A DNA stretch of 64,000 nt. Origin: Iphione sp. A-MEVVRFRX5 (taxonomy: Eukaryota). Every line of letters begins with the position of its first letter. Within the stretch, counting starts at the first letter, position 1. Location: the NCBI GenBank assembly GCA_976226885.1, contig OZ320316.1, positions 51,336,001 through 51,400,000 of the forward strand, given 5' to 3'. Shown here piece by piece: positions 27,901 through 38,400 of the stretch. Below the pieces are notes generated by a model. The model was not told the origin of the DNA. It ran no database searches and was given only the letters and a program-made list of their open reading frames with translations. Made by a program: the position numbers and the translations under genes.

Positions 27901-28517
27901 TTTTATTCTTTGTATGGACCAGATGATGAAGCGACAGTCAGTGATACTATATTGTACTGGCAGGTTGGGGAGACTGGCTGGTCTCTTTTTTAACGTTGTA
28001 TACAGTCTACGTATAGAAGATTGTGGTATAATGGTGAGCTTAAATGCAGTTGCTTCTATTGCCTTGCAGATCGCGTCGGTGTACCTCGCCACCCAGCACG
28101 AGGACGATTGAGGAGGTAACTGGTAGTGACAAGTTGATGGGACCTCCGCCGCCCATCGAGGCCGGATACACAACTGAGGTGCTGATGAAAACCCGCGGCA
28201 GCACAGGTGGTGGCGGCGGCGGTCTTCCGCCGTCAATGGCGATGCCGCAGCAGGGCGGCGGTGTCGACGATGTGGACGTCATGAGCGTTCGCGAGTACAA
28301 GAGCCGCAATGGATCCGAGCTGGCCCATGTGCACATCCAGGGCCCCTACGGCCGTTCGGGCACCTTCCCTTCCTCTTTCACGTCAAGAGGGAACGGGGGT
28401 GGGGGAGGCAACGGCGGCGGTGGTGGCGGAGGTGGTGGTGGCGGCGGCGGCAGTAGTGGTGGTGGGACGCTGGGACGACCGCCATCGCATGTCTATGAAA
28501 GTCCGAAGTTCTCATGA
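9617..28517 (+). CDS. Gene 1 (5'-partial): SUEL lectin / CUB-like / sushi-like / TM receptor; join(9617-9901,13906-14349,17243-17395,24822-24875,26320-26407,28070-28517), about 490 aa without the missing signal-peptide exon
   Basis: Six exons with canonical AG/GT ends whose phases chain without frameshift (1-1, 1-1, 1-1, 1-1, 1-2, 2-stop). They give an ordered ectodomain-TM-tail protein, and the first two exons are clearly paralogous to gene 2 exons. Confidence 0.9.
13906..14349 (+). CDS. Gene 1 CUB-like exon (444 nt, phase 1-1)
   Basis: Acceptor catctcttcttgcag|TG, donor AAT G|gtgagt. Encodes GFLAS...CPWLIQGQPGQRVNITLHNF...CYEF...VYTS...FMIEYN, the CUB hallmark CxWxI..PGQxxxxTL..F. Confidence 0.9.
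16769..16799 (+). repeat. AATAAA followed by a short (TCTTA)n tail, possible 3' end of a non-LTR retroposon relic
   Basis: gaataaatttatctcttatatatcttatcttat; same arrangement as 26855-26890. Confidence 0.35.
17243..17395 (+). CDS. Gene 1 sushi/CCP-like exon (153 nt, phase 1-1)
   Basis: Acceptor gttttttcccgttacag|TC, donor CTA G|gtagga. Encodes VIGCPTLRAPPGGTIRHAGSHVTVRCNQTEEVWYLTCRDNRWVGEQGNCTL: 4 Cys with the C..W....C ending of CCP-like modules. Confidence 0.85.
24822..24875 (+). CDS. Gene 1 juxtamembrane stalk micro-exon (54 nt, phase 1-1)
   Basis: Strong acceptor ttgtgtttactttccttgtag|CT and donor TAC G|gtaagt. Open reading AGTWNIGTIFGSTTSFPY joins in frame to the TM exon as FPY-GILVVV. 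Confidence 0.8.
26320..26407 (+). CDS. Gene 1 transmembrane exon (88 nt, phase 1-2)
   Basis: Acceptor gttcccgtttcag|GC, donor AAA AG|gtaagt. Encodes GILVVVAIGVALGVFFGGLLLFGINIYMK, followed after splicing by the basic stop-transfer RSRR. Confidence 0.9.
26855..26890 (+). repeat. AATAAA followed by (TCTTA)5, probable 3' tail of a LINE/SINE relic
   Basis: aataaattgtt then TCTTA x5 at 26866-26890. A polyA signal directly before a short tandem tail is typical of non-LTR element 3' ends; no coding remnant was recognised. Confidence 0.5.
28070..28517 (+). CDS. Gene 1 terminal exon, cytoplasmic tail A (Gly/Pro-rich, ends HVYESPKFS*)
   Basis: Acceptor cttctattgccttgcag|A; AG+A gives Arg in frame with the 28044-28517 ORF. 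Low-complexity tail with Tyr residues; TGA at 28515-28517. Confidence 0.85.
28395..28466 (+). repeat. Imperfect (GGN)n repeat encoding the poly-Gly tract of tail A
   Basis: gggggtgggggaggcaacggcggcggtggtggcggaggtggtggtggcggcggcggcagtagtggtggtggg read directly. Confidence 0.85.
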
Positions 28518-29117
28518 TGGTTGCAAACCGGAACCCTCAGCCAGCCGAAGGAGACGCTACCGCTCAACAAGAGGGAGACCACTGGCGCCACGGTGTGTGG
28601 ACGCCCTCTACGCGAGAGTTTTTCCTCCTCTAGTGAGACGGAGGAGGCGCCAGAGAACCAAGACAAATTGCTCTATGAAAACGTGCCAGAGACAACTAGG
28701 ACGACTGATGACAGTGAACGTAGTAATAAATGCACCTCTGCGGACCGGCGTTTCCGGTCCGACCCGCCACCGCCAGTGACCTGTACAACACAGCACAAGA
28801 TCAACAGGCAATTGCGTGATCGTGACGTCACAGACGTCTGGGCCCCATCCGCCGGTAACAAAGGTGACCCCCAGGCATGGCCGACAGCTTCAAGTACGCC
28901 TACAATCTACGCCAACGTGCGCCGGGCTTCAGGTGACGGCCGGGCCGATCGATGTGCCGTGAGAGCGAGCCCCTCGCCGCCCGCAGCAAACACGGCAGAC
29001 AAAGCCTGCCGGGCAGACGCCATCAATAGCTGGGCCGTCGGCCAAGCCGACGATGGCGACGGCGGCGAGTACGAGCTGCTCAAAGAGAATGTTTATACGA
29101 ATCAATCCGATGTTTGA
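28518..29117 (+). CDS. In-frame post-stop extension of gene 1 (tail B, 199 codons plus stop) with LLYENV, TIYANV, EYELL, VYTNQ and C-terminal SDV
   Basis: Same frame as tail A, starts at the codon after the TGA, has no stop until 29115-29117, and carries clustered signalling motifs. How it is expressed is unresolved. Confidence 0.65.
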   Translation, partial: WLQTGTLSQPKETLPLNKRETTGATVCGRPLRESFSSSSETEEAPENQDKLLYENVPETTRTTDDSERSNKCTSADRRFRSDPPPPVTCTTQHKINRQLRDRDVTDVWAPSAGNKGDPQAWPTASSTPTIYANVRRASGDGRADRCAVRASPSPPAANTADKACRADAINSWAVGQADDGDGGEYELLKENVYTNQSDV

Positions 29118-29390
29118 CTTTTGCTCTTGGTGTTGTGGTAGCCCGGATATGATAAAAGAGGTGCGGACGGCAGAGCAGCCATAGTCGTTGTGAGCAGCTC
29201 ACCGGAGTCTTTGCCAAGGCATTCCCGTAATGAAAGAGCAACTCGAACAAGGCGCACTGCCCCAGCCCCTATGTTTCCCCAGGGACAGTGGCCACTCGCA
29301 AACATCACATCGAGTTACTCATAATAGCGTCTGGTTCGGCGATGGCCGTAACATAATTACACTGGACTCTGGGAAATCAAGCCACCAGGA

Positions 29391-29396
29391 AATAAA
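29391..29396 (+). terminator. Candidate polyadenylation signal for gene 1
   Basis: First AATAAA I found downstream of the tail B stop (about 270 nt); another lies at 30184-30189. Usage not demonstrated. Confidence 0.35.
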
Positions 29397-32311
29397 AGCT
29401 TTACTGACCACCTGGTACAAGATACGTGAGAGCTAGTATCGACCTGCTCCACGCTCTACGGAGCTGCTCCCGTGCCCATATCTCACCACACAATATGCTC
29501 TGGATGTGGCCTCCGTAGCCTCCGGCTCATAACCTGCTGACGTTGAGGTCGATATACTGCAGAATGTGTAGGCTATCGTTCAATGAGGGATTCCGGTCAA
29601 ATACAGCAGTCGCCCCCTCCCCCTTTACTTTTACCCATGTTTCAGTCTATTTGTCTCCACGCTATTACTGTGCATATACCCGCACCTTATCAATCACCTC
29701 ACACAGCTTTAAGTGTGTCAACATTGTCAACAGACAATCTAAGCGTGCATCAGTATTCAACTGAGAGAGTTGATCTACAACAGGAGTAAATCTGAGCAGT
29801 GGGTTACTTGATGAGTCTGCACAAATTATATTTTTACTGCCGTATCTCAGTATTACGCACTTGTTGGTGACGTACATGTACTTTATAGGCCGAGGAACAA
29901 ATGGTTGTCGTGAGCCGCAGCTGCGAACAGTCGGGAAATGCCACAATCTTCATTGATCTGCTTAGAATGGATCCTGCCAGCCGTCCCGACCGGCGACGAG
30001 CAGTTCCCCGCAGATTCAATGGGTTTGAACGTCTTGTGATGTTAACGTTCCAGTCGGTCGCTCCGCCTCACAGATATGAAGCACTATTTTATCTCCGAAC
30101 TATAATGTCAGCCGCTGAGGCGCTCCCTGTGACTTGAAACGAGTTGCTCGTCGTGAGTCACTCTCCACATCTGTTCCTTTGTAAATAAAAGAAAATTGGT
30201 TTTGCTCGGAGACGTAAGTGACACATCATATATGAAATATCGTTCCTCTCACAGTGCACGACGAGGGATTTTTCTCAAGGCGTGCCAGACCTCAACACAT
30301 TGTACAGTTTACAGGAAATAAATCGAACATATAAAGCTTGTGAAAGAATGTCTACCACATAATGTTTCCGTTCCTATAGAAAACCAATGTCTATACAATG
30401 AAAAACAATACAAATATCCTTACATGACCTCTGTACTATCGATCATTCATAACTTCAGCAGAAAGTCGTTTGAGTTTTATCATTCCTTCTTTATTTAATT
30501 GGCAACAATAAATATCTTTTGCTTTTTTAATAAACTTGCTCACTGCAGATTCTAAACATGCTCCTTCCAACATTATGAATTGGGATCTAGACATACATCA
30601 CCTATTATTTTCTTTTGGTTTTTGTTTCAGTGGAATCAAATTCAACAGTCTTTGCCAATAAAAATTTTACTCCGTGTCACTTTTTGTCTCCTAATAATCA
30701 AATTCGGTTTCATACTTCCAAATTCTCATGTATCCATGCTTGTATTTCTTCTATCTACACTTATTTAAGGTGGCGAAACACCTGGATGATAGAATTCTTA
30801 TGAACGACACATTAGATTCATGATGATGCATATGACGTAGAAGTTGATAGGACAAACAGTCGCCCTTACCAAATTCCCCGTGACTGTAATTTAGAGGGAC
30901 AAATTGATTTAATAATTATGTTAAAGGGGTTGCTTATGCCGAGTTCCTCGTTTCAAAATCTGAAAGGTAAACATTGCATTACTTTCTCCTTCAATACTTC
31001 ACCTATCCGAACTGGGTCAGTTGAACAAAGGGGTTCACGAACACTTGAAGGGAATCCAGTCATCCTGCATTAAGTGCTGGGATTAGCCTTGCGTTACTCC
31101 CCTCAACATATCTGCTAGTTATATCTGCCCTGTTTTGATGCAGAATTCTGTCACACATTAAGAAGGCTATTATGATTAACTCCCCAAAAACGACCACTAA
31201 ACCATATTCCTCCTAAGAAACCCCACAACATACAAATAACTCATGGAGAATGGCACGACCTTCATATCGAACTTTATTCTGTTTGAGGGAGTAAAATTCC
31301 GTCCATGACAACCTTCTAACCTAAAGAGGATCCGCTGAAATGGGCTGCACTCGGATAGCAATGGTCCATTGTATATTACCATAATTATAAAACTCTCGAC
31401 CTGATTTTTTTATTTTAATACCTATACTGTTGACAGTTGTTGTGGCCCAGTAGAAACCTAAGACAAGTGGAGTAGAAAAATGCCAAACATTGAAGTTAAA
31501 AATCAAATAAAGCTAGTCTGGACATAATATAGATGAGTGTGCCTGTTTGTTATTAGGAAAATCCACATTTAAGGCTGTTGACAACTTTGATTGTCTAGAA
31601 GGAACCGATTTAAGACCACTGGTCGAAAATATACAAAAAAATATGTGGTTGTAAGTTACAAGCAAACGCACTACTCTAAAAGATCCTACAGTAAGAATAC
31701 ATGTGCAGTAAACGCGGTATAAAATCTCTCCCAAAGCAACGTGATATTCACTGTGCGGTAGTGGGACATAATAAAAACCTCTCTATTCATAGCCGTAGAT
31801 TAATTTCGCTGGTTGCGGCCGATCTAAAGAAGATTATGTGCCAACACCTGCTTCCATTCAATGCTGTATACATCTCAAGAATAACCTGCTCACTGGCGGC
31901 ACAAAATCACCACGAGTGAGCTGTGATGTTTCCCATTCTTGTAATAGATGGCCATCATAAAAACAATTTAAACGTAAATATAGAATTGATTTATGATGTT
32001 ACATAAGGAGGATGCAGACAAAACGGGAGAAACGGGAGAAATTCCCAAGAAATTCAATGACTCATTAACTGGTGTGTGTGCAGCGAAAGTTTGAAGCCAT
32101 TGACAATTATGTCACGAACCTTGACATCCAAACTAATTAGCGTGTGCCCAGTCTGACCGTGGGGCTAAATGGCTCGCTTGCTTATACTTGCCGACTAATG
32201 GATAAAGTGGATGCGACGTGAGCTGATCATAATCGGGAATATGGATCAGGACAAAATACGATCTGCCAGAGGCAGTGAGTAATCCGTGAGAGTGAAGAAA
32301 CGCACGGACGA

Positions 32312-32440
32312 GGGCGGGGCATTGTCAGTTGACCGTTGACCCATCCAGCTGCCCCTTCCTCTCCGCTAGAGGCCACCAACAACAGCCGGCTTGACCCCGC
32401 CTGACCCAGCCTGACCCTCGAGCCGCCCTGCACCTGACCC
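32312..32440. promoter_or_regulatory. Cluster of six nuclear-receptor-type half-sites (TGACCC/TGACCG) with DR1 and tandem DR4 spacing, plus a GC box
   Basis: TGACCG-t-TGACCC (32330-32342), TGACCC at 32392, 32402, 32412 and 32435, GGGCGGGG at 32312-32319. Function is inferred. Confidence 0.3.
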
Positions 32441-35400
32441 GTGCGCGGCCTTTCGCCGTCACAACACGAGAAGGCCATTTCGGACATTGGGGTCAAATTT
32501 CTAATCCTCGCGATGAGGTTCTTTCTATCAGACGAGGGTGACGGTCCACCTTTGTCCTGGTCACTGCTCAGAGCAGCTGGGCAAGCTGAGTTATTCCGAC
32601 TGGAAGCAGTTGAGACTGCTTGACCTAAGAAGACTGAGGCCGGCCCCCAAAAAAAACGTTCCCTTGGACAATCCTACCCTACAGCACTCTGCCCATACAG
32701 CATTCACTCCTACGGCTGCCATGCATCAGATCATCAATCACACACATCACGTATCTGTCGAACAAGTATCTCCTCACGCGCCACCGAGAAGCGCGTGCGG
32801 CTGCGGCAATCGTCGTCAGCCCAGACTTGCGGGCTATAAAGATCAAAATGAAATTTTAATTTTTTTTCATATTCGAGCTCTTGGGAGCGAGGAAGGCTAT
32901 TATCATCGTTGCGATTGATCTTACGAACGAATCGAAATGGCGCAAGTGCGCATGCGCACGTCGCTCCAGGGAGCCGTTTGCCACCCCGTCGTCACGGACA
33001 CTAATTTGTATTAGGTAGATTTTAAAATTGATAAGGCGTCGCGCCGATGGTGATGAGGAAAATGAAAAAGCATTAACGCCCTCATTACCATGAACCCCAT
33101 TCGGGCTGAAAAGCTCATTATAACTTATCTCATTTGCAATTTGATATCAACCTGGAGTGGCTCTTGACGCGAAGCCTTACTATACTAGAATGACGGGGCT
33201 ACGGGCGGTGGTGGGGAGAACGTGCCTTCCGGAAGAGGACAACTAGGCGTCACCGACGGCTGTGAGATTCCCTTTGTCACATCACAACGTTATAGCCATC
33301 TAGTTCAAAGCTCGGGTGAGTCGACAGAGGGCGAATTCCGTTTACACTGCGTGTCTTCTGAAGCGGTCAGCGAGACAATGGTGTACCCTGAGGCCTGTCA
33401 AACGACCTGCCATCTATTGGCGGTAGCGGATGGATGGAGCGTTTGTTTTAGTGGTTGTCTAAAGGAAATGATGGAGGTGCCGGTCTCTCTGAGAGGGTTA
33501 CAGGGTGTAGAGTTCAATCGAAGTAGGGACGGGAATCGCGCGGCAGGGTCAGCAATATGAGTAGACGCTGGCTGTCCACGAGGATGAGGAAGTTACAGAT
33601 GGCAGGACCTTACGGCCTGAGAGGCAGCAGCAGGTTCATGAGAACGACCAGCGAGCAGGTCATCCTCAGCATAATCATCGGCCCGGTGCGGGGAGCAGCT
33701 CGGCCTAATGCCATCAGAGCTAATCGGGCCGTGAGTGAAGAACATCGGCGGCCTCCTGCGTGCGTCCATCATCAAAGCTGGCGGCCCGGCGCGGACATCC
33801 GACGCGCCGTGCGGCCACCAACAAATAGAGGCTTTGATGATGAGTAATGACTCATTCACTCACAGCGAGCCACTCACGGAGCACTCACTGGAAGAGGTGC
33901 TCATGTTCAAAATGCTATCCTCTGTCAGCCCCGCTCACCAAGGCCACACGCTTTAAAAAATATGAATAGCGAGACTGGTCAACCCACCGCTTTCCTTGTA
34001 AATCTACAAGAGATACCATCTTTTTACTTGCGGGTCACGAAGGTCTAGATAGCCTTCGGTTTCTTATGCGTCTGAGCTACATCAACTCCACTAAGCCCTG
34101 CCATTTCTTAATTCTTACCATGAGACCAATTGCTATCTAATGTCATTTCCTTGCACTCTGGTATCAGACTTTAGCGTCCTCCTGCAACCGTAAATGTTTA
34201 ATGTACACATTAGTTGATGCTTTTGATCTTCAGATATGTCTACGCACCGATACGTCTGTGGGCCGCTCCCCAAGACCTCTCCAAGCAGACATTCTACCCA
34301 TATTTCCTCGCATAGCATCCATCCCAAACTCTAACCCACGCCTCCCTTCTCACCACGCGTCCACTATCACCACAATAGCGGGGGACCTGATGTGCTCGTC
34401 GCTGTAATCAAATAAGACACCATGACGGGGACTCGTCGACTGCCCGACATGTGATACCGGAGACGTCGGCCGCTTCCATTCCCCCGCGGCGGACGCCCGG
34501 CACGCCCTCCTGCCTGAAGACGGCGTCTCATCTCCTCCTGCCTGCCGCCCTCCCTGGAGCAAACTCCGATGGAACCGCCGCCATTTGAAACAGAGAACGG
34601 CCTCTGTGCGCCATGTCAGTAAGACTACCTTGTGCAGAATGAAGGCTTCGCTCTGGTGTCGTTGGCGCATGATCTCGCCGTTGGGCTTCCATTTCTCTGC
34701 TTTGGTGTGGACAACGCCATGCCATTCCTTCAGCGCCTCCCGCAAGAGCTGAAAGAATGGATTCGCCCCTTTGTGTTAGGCCCGATTTTATCCCACTATC
34801 ACCTTAGAATAAAAGACCGCAGTATAACCTGTCTGGGAAACGATAAACATGTATACTCATGTACGCATTTTTGTTCTTAACTTTAGTAGTTCTCATCAAA
34901 TTCGTGTAAAAAATCACATCCGGCATCAATCTGTATTGATAAACAACTGCATAATTACCAAGACAACAACAGTAATGAATAAGAACCATTTTGTTACAGC
35001 AATAACGTGCATGCCCGAGTTGAAATGATTGTATGAAGAATGATGCTCGAACAATAGCCAGGTCTGGGTTCTAGCCATCATCATCACTTCTACCCATCTC
35101 TACCAGTACTCAAACAAGGATATTTGACTTGTCACATTCAGAATATCCAAAGACAATCCTCCTTTGGCGCTGTCCGGGAGTCAATTGAGATTATTAGCAA
35201 GATACAGGCACTAACCACTCAGTTTAGCTGATTTAAAATGAGTAATTGTCCAATTTTTCCATTCATTCGTTTCTTCCCTGCCTGTATATAACTTCATATC
35301 ACTGACTCTACAGTCCAGGAAAACAAGTCTTGACATAGGTTTGAGAAAATGTACTTTATGTACATAATTATCAGGGGAAGTAAAAAGTAAAAAAAATAAA

Positions 35401-38400
35401 AATTAAAGTGATTAATAAATACGAAAGCATCACGTGCTTGTTTGATTAATATAATGTTCGCCCTTACTTCTCAAACCTTTCCTTTTCATCGAACATAGCA
35501 GCGAGGTAAACGTTTTGGTCCCAAAACTCTACTCAAATGGCATGAGTATCCCGTCCCCAGATGCCATATCCCATTTCTGCCTCCCAACTGTTGTATATAT
35601 GCATCACGAAAGACCGGCTCTGCATATCCAAGGCGTGCTGTCCGAATGAGGAGTGTTTCATCGTAATAGAGCGGCAATGTGAGGTCCACTAGTTGACAAA
35701 TGGTCATACCGACTGACAGACTGATTGACCGTGGGCTTCTCGTATTTTTCAACAGGATCCCATTAAGAAGATGAAGTCCTCTGGAGACTCTGCCCGTCCG
35801 ATTGTTGGAAGCTCCTGACTGGTATGATGATTAATGACAAGAAGATGGTAAATAGCTTAGTTTGGTCTGACAAATGCGGACAGGGCACGTCTTGAGTGCT
35901 TATGCATCAATGAGATAGAGACAGAAAATGACAGAGAGAGGGCTGGAGGGTATGGCTGTGTACCCGTGTGTGGCATCGCGGGTGCTAAAAATGATAAGAA
36001 CCATCTCTGTTTCCGGTAGTTTTTAATCGTTGTGTTTGCATATGTGTTTCCACGTTCGTGTAAAAGCATTATCTTCCAGTGACTTACTGAACCAACGTTA
36101 AGGTGGTGTATGCCAAATATAGAAAGACGGTTATTCAGCACAGAGACGGAGAGAAAACCGCCCAAAGGGAGGAATTGCTGGTGGGGTTAGTGAGGTGGCC
36201 GAACGACGGACCCGCTCTTATAATCTCCAGCTTCATTTGTCATGATTTACAGCCCGCTGCCCGTAGGTCAATGATCGATCACAGCCGGGCTGTGTGCCGA
36301 CTCGCAGATACCTCGCGCCCCACAGCTCTCTACACGGACTTAATAGACCAACAAGCAGCCACATACACCTCTCCACCTGGTCTGCATACGAGGCTATCCC
36401 CTCGCGAGCACTTCCCTAGGCCGCTAGAGCCTGCATTAGCTTGCTACGCACAGCTGTACCGAATAGGCCCGCCATTCAAATACCTGGGGATTTTTAGGCA
36501 GGTCGGCGGGTAATTGATCCGCATGGTTATTATCTCATCGAGTTGCTCTGCCCAGTGGTACCGAGTAGCTCCTTGTTCAGCGGGGCCCAGGGATTCGGCG
36601 GGGAGGAACCGGAACTTGGTCGGTTTTTCCCCTTTTACCAAACGGCGTTTTCCTGTATGCTTGCTGTCGACCCTCTCACAAATCCCCCTTCAACCAGCAT
36701 CTCCGAAGCCACAGCGCTGCGCAGACCTGAGCTTAAGAGCTACTCGCTTTGTCAAAGCTAGCCTCCCAAATATACCGGGACACCTCAAAGCGTCTGTAAT
36801 CCGGGAAGGATCCGCCTCTACAGCACTTGACAGTTGGAGGGAGGGCTGGTGCTTAGGGAAGTTGGGGTTTTATGCTTTGACTGTATGGTTGAACACCAAG
36901 GTACCTTACGCTCCTGCAAACTGCCTTCGTATCGCCCGATCGGGCGAGGCCCGAGGCACCATCACTCCTCTTTCTAACTACCTGTCGTTTAAATCAGTTT
37001 AAATTGCTCGTGGTCGGCGGTTAAAGAAGTCATAGTCCCTGTCAACCCTACAACCTCAGCAAAAGCACCACTATACAGTAGTAAAGCACATTATCTGACA
37101 CAATACGCAATGATTCGAGTCAAGTAAATCATGTTGCACACCAATATTGCAAGATTATGTTTGCATACAGAAGTCTGCCTTTAGAGGTACGTTCACGCTC
37201 TTATGCACATAAATTTACATTGTGAATCGCCAGTCTGTGGTCTTGACAAAAACGCTTGCAATGGTTTAATTCATACTTCTAGTACCTGAAAGCTGAAGCG
37301 ATTCGATGCAGACGGGATCCCAGGTAAAAAAGGAATATAGAGAATAGGCGAAACAATGGCTTTGACGACTCGTAAGCGCTCTCGGTTTCCTTTCTGAATT
37401 TCAGAGTGACTCTGACTTTAATCTCTTTTCTTTTGTAACCGGTTCTCCCGATTAGCTTTGAAATGAAATCTAATGCAAAGCGGCGGGTGGAGCCCACAAC
37501 GTGCCTGCGTTAAGGCAACATTCTCCCATACTACTTTCAGAATCCCGAGAGGTTCGGCCTTTTGTTAGCGTGTTCCATGACAGAGTGTGCATTTTCCTGT
37601 ACCGAGAGATTCCTTTGGTCTTGATGAAGGACCCGAGAAACTGACATCTTTAGACTTAACATTAGAGACGGTTACTAACTAATTCATCACATAGTAATAT
37701 AAAATCAAAAGGATATCTGTTTCTATAGAATGTCAGTATAGAGCAAGAATGAAAGGGCAGCAGACGTCAAGCACTTAGCGACGAGAATCTGGTAGTAAAC
37801 ACAGCAGTATCGCATGCTTCAGTGCTGAACTTGACTGATGTTTCATTACTTGTCTTTAGAATATCTAAATATACAGTGTTGAGGGAGATAAATTTATCGG
37901 ATAGAGAGACCAACGGGACGCCATGTTTCACTGCGGGTTAACATGCCAACCGCCACCTCCTCTTCCGGAGGATCCTCCATCTATCTCCCTATTGGCTTCC
38001 TGTTCTTGACACACCTATAGGGACACCCCACTAGGAGTCGCTAGGGGTCTTCCGGGCAGTAGAGGTGCCTTCCCGCCTACCTGAGGTGCTAGGCACTGGA
38101 TCATACGTAATTGCCTTGAGCAGTCACTCTCTCCCTGTCAGAGCATTGCATGCATGTAATAGTTCTTCTTGTTCGCATTAGTTTTGAACCCATGACTTTT
38201 AAAACCTTTCACCTCCACTGACCACCACCGTCCCGCGACCCCATCTCCGGTGTCATTTTGCGATAGTTGATGACATTTGTCACTTTCTTGTCCGGAGGTT
38301 CCACAAGCACTAGGATCATGCCTTCGGGCCTCTTACTGTCGTTGACCTAAGGGCATGTAGGAATCGGGTTCGACACGTGTAGGCAAGTCGTTAGGTGGCG

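Noticed and set aside
28515-28517. Selenocysteine recoding of the TGA
   Set aside because: I recognised no SECIS-like structure downstream and the context is a disordered tail rather than a redox motif. Not formally excluded without a SECIS search.
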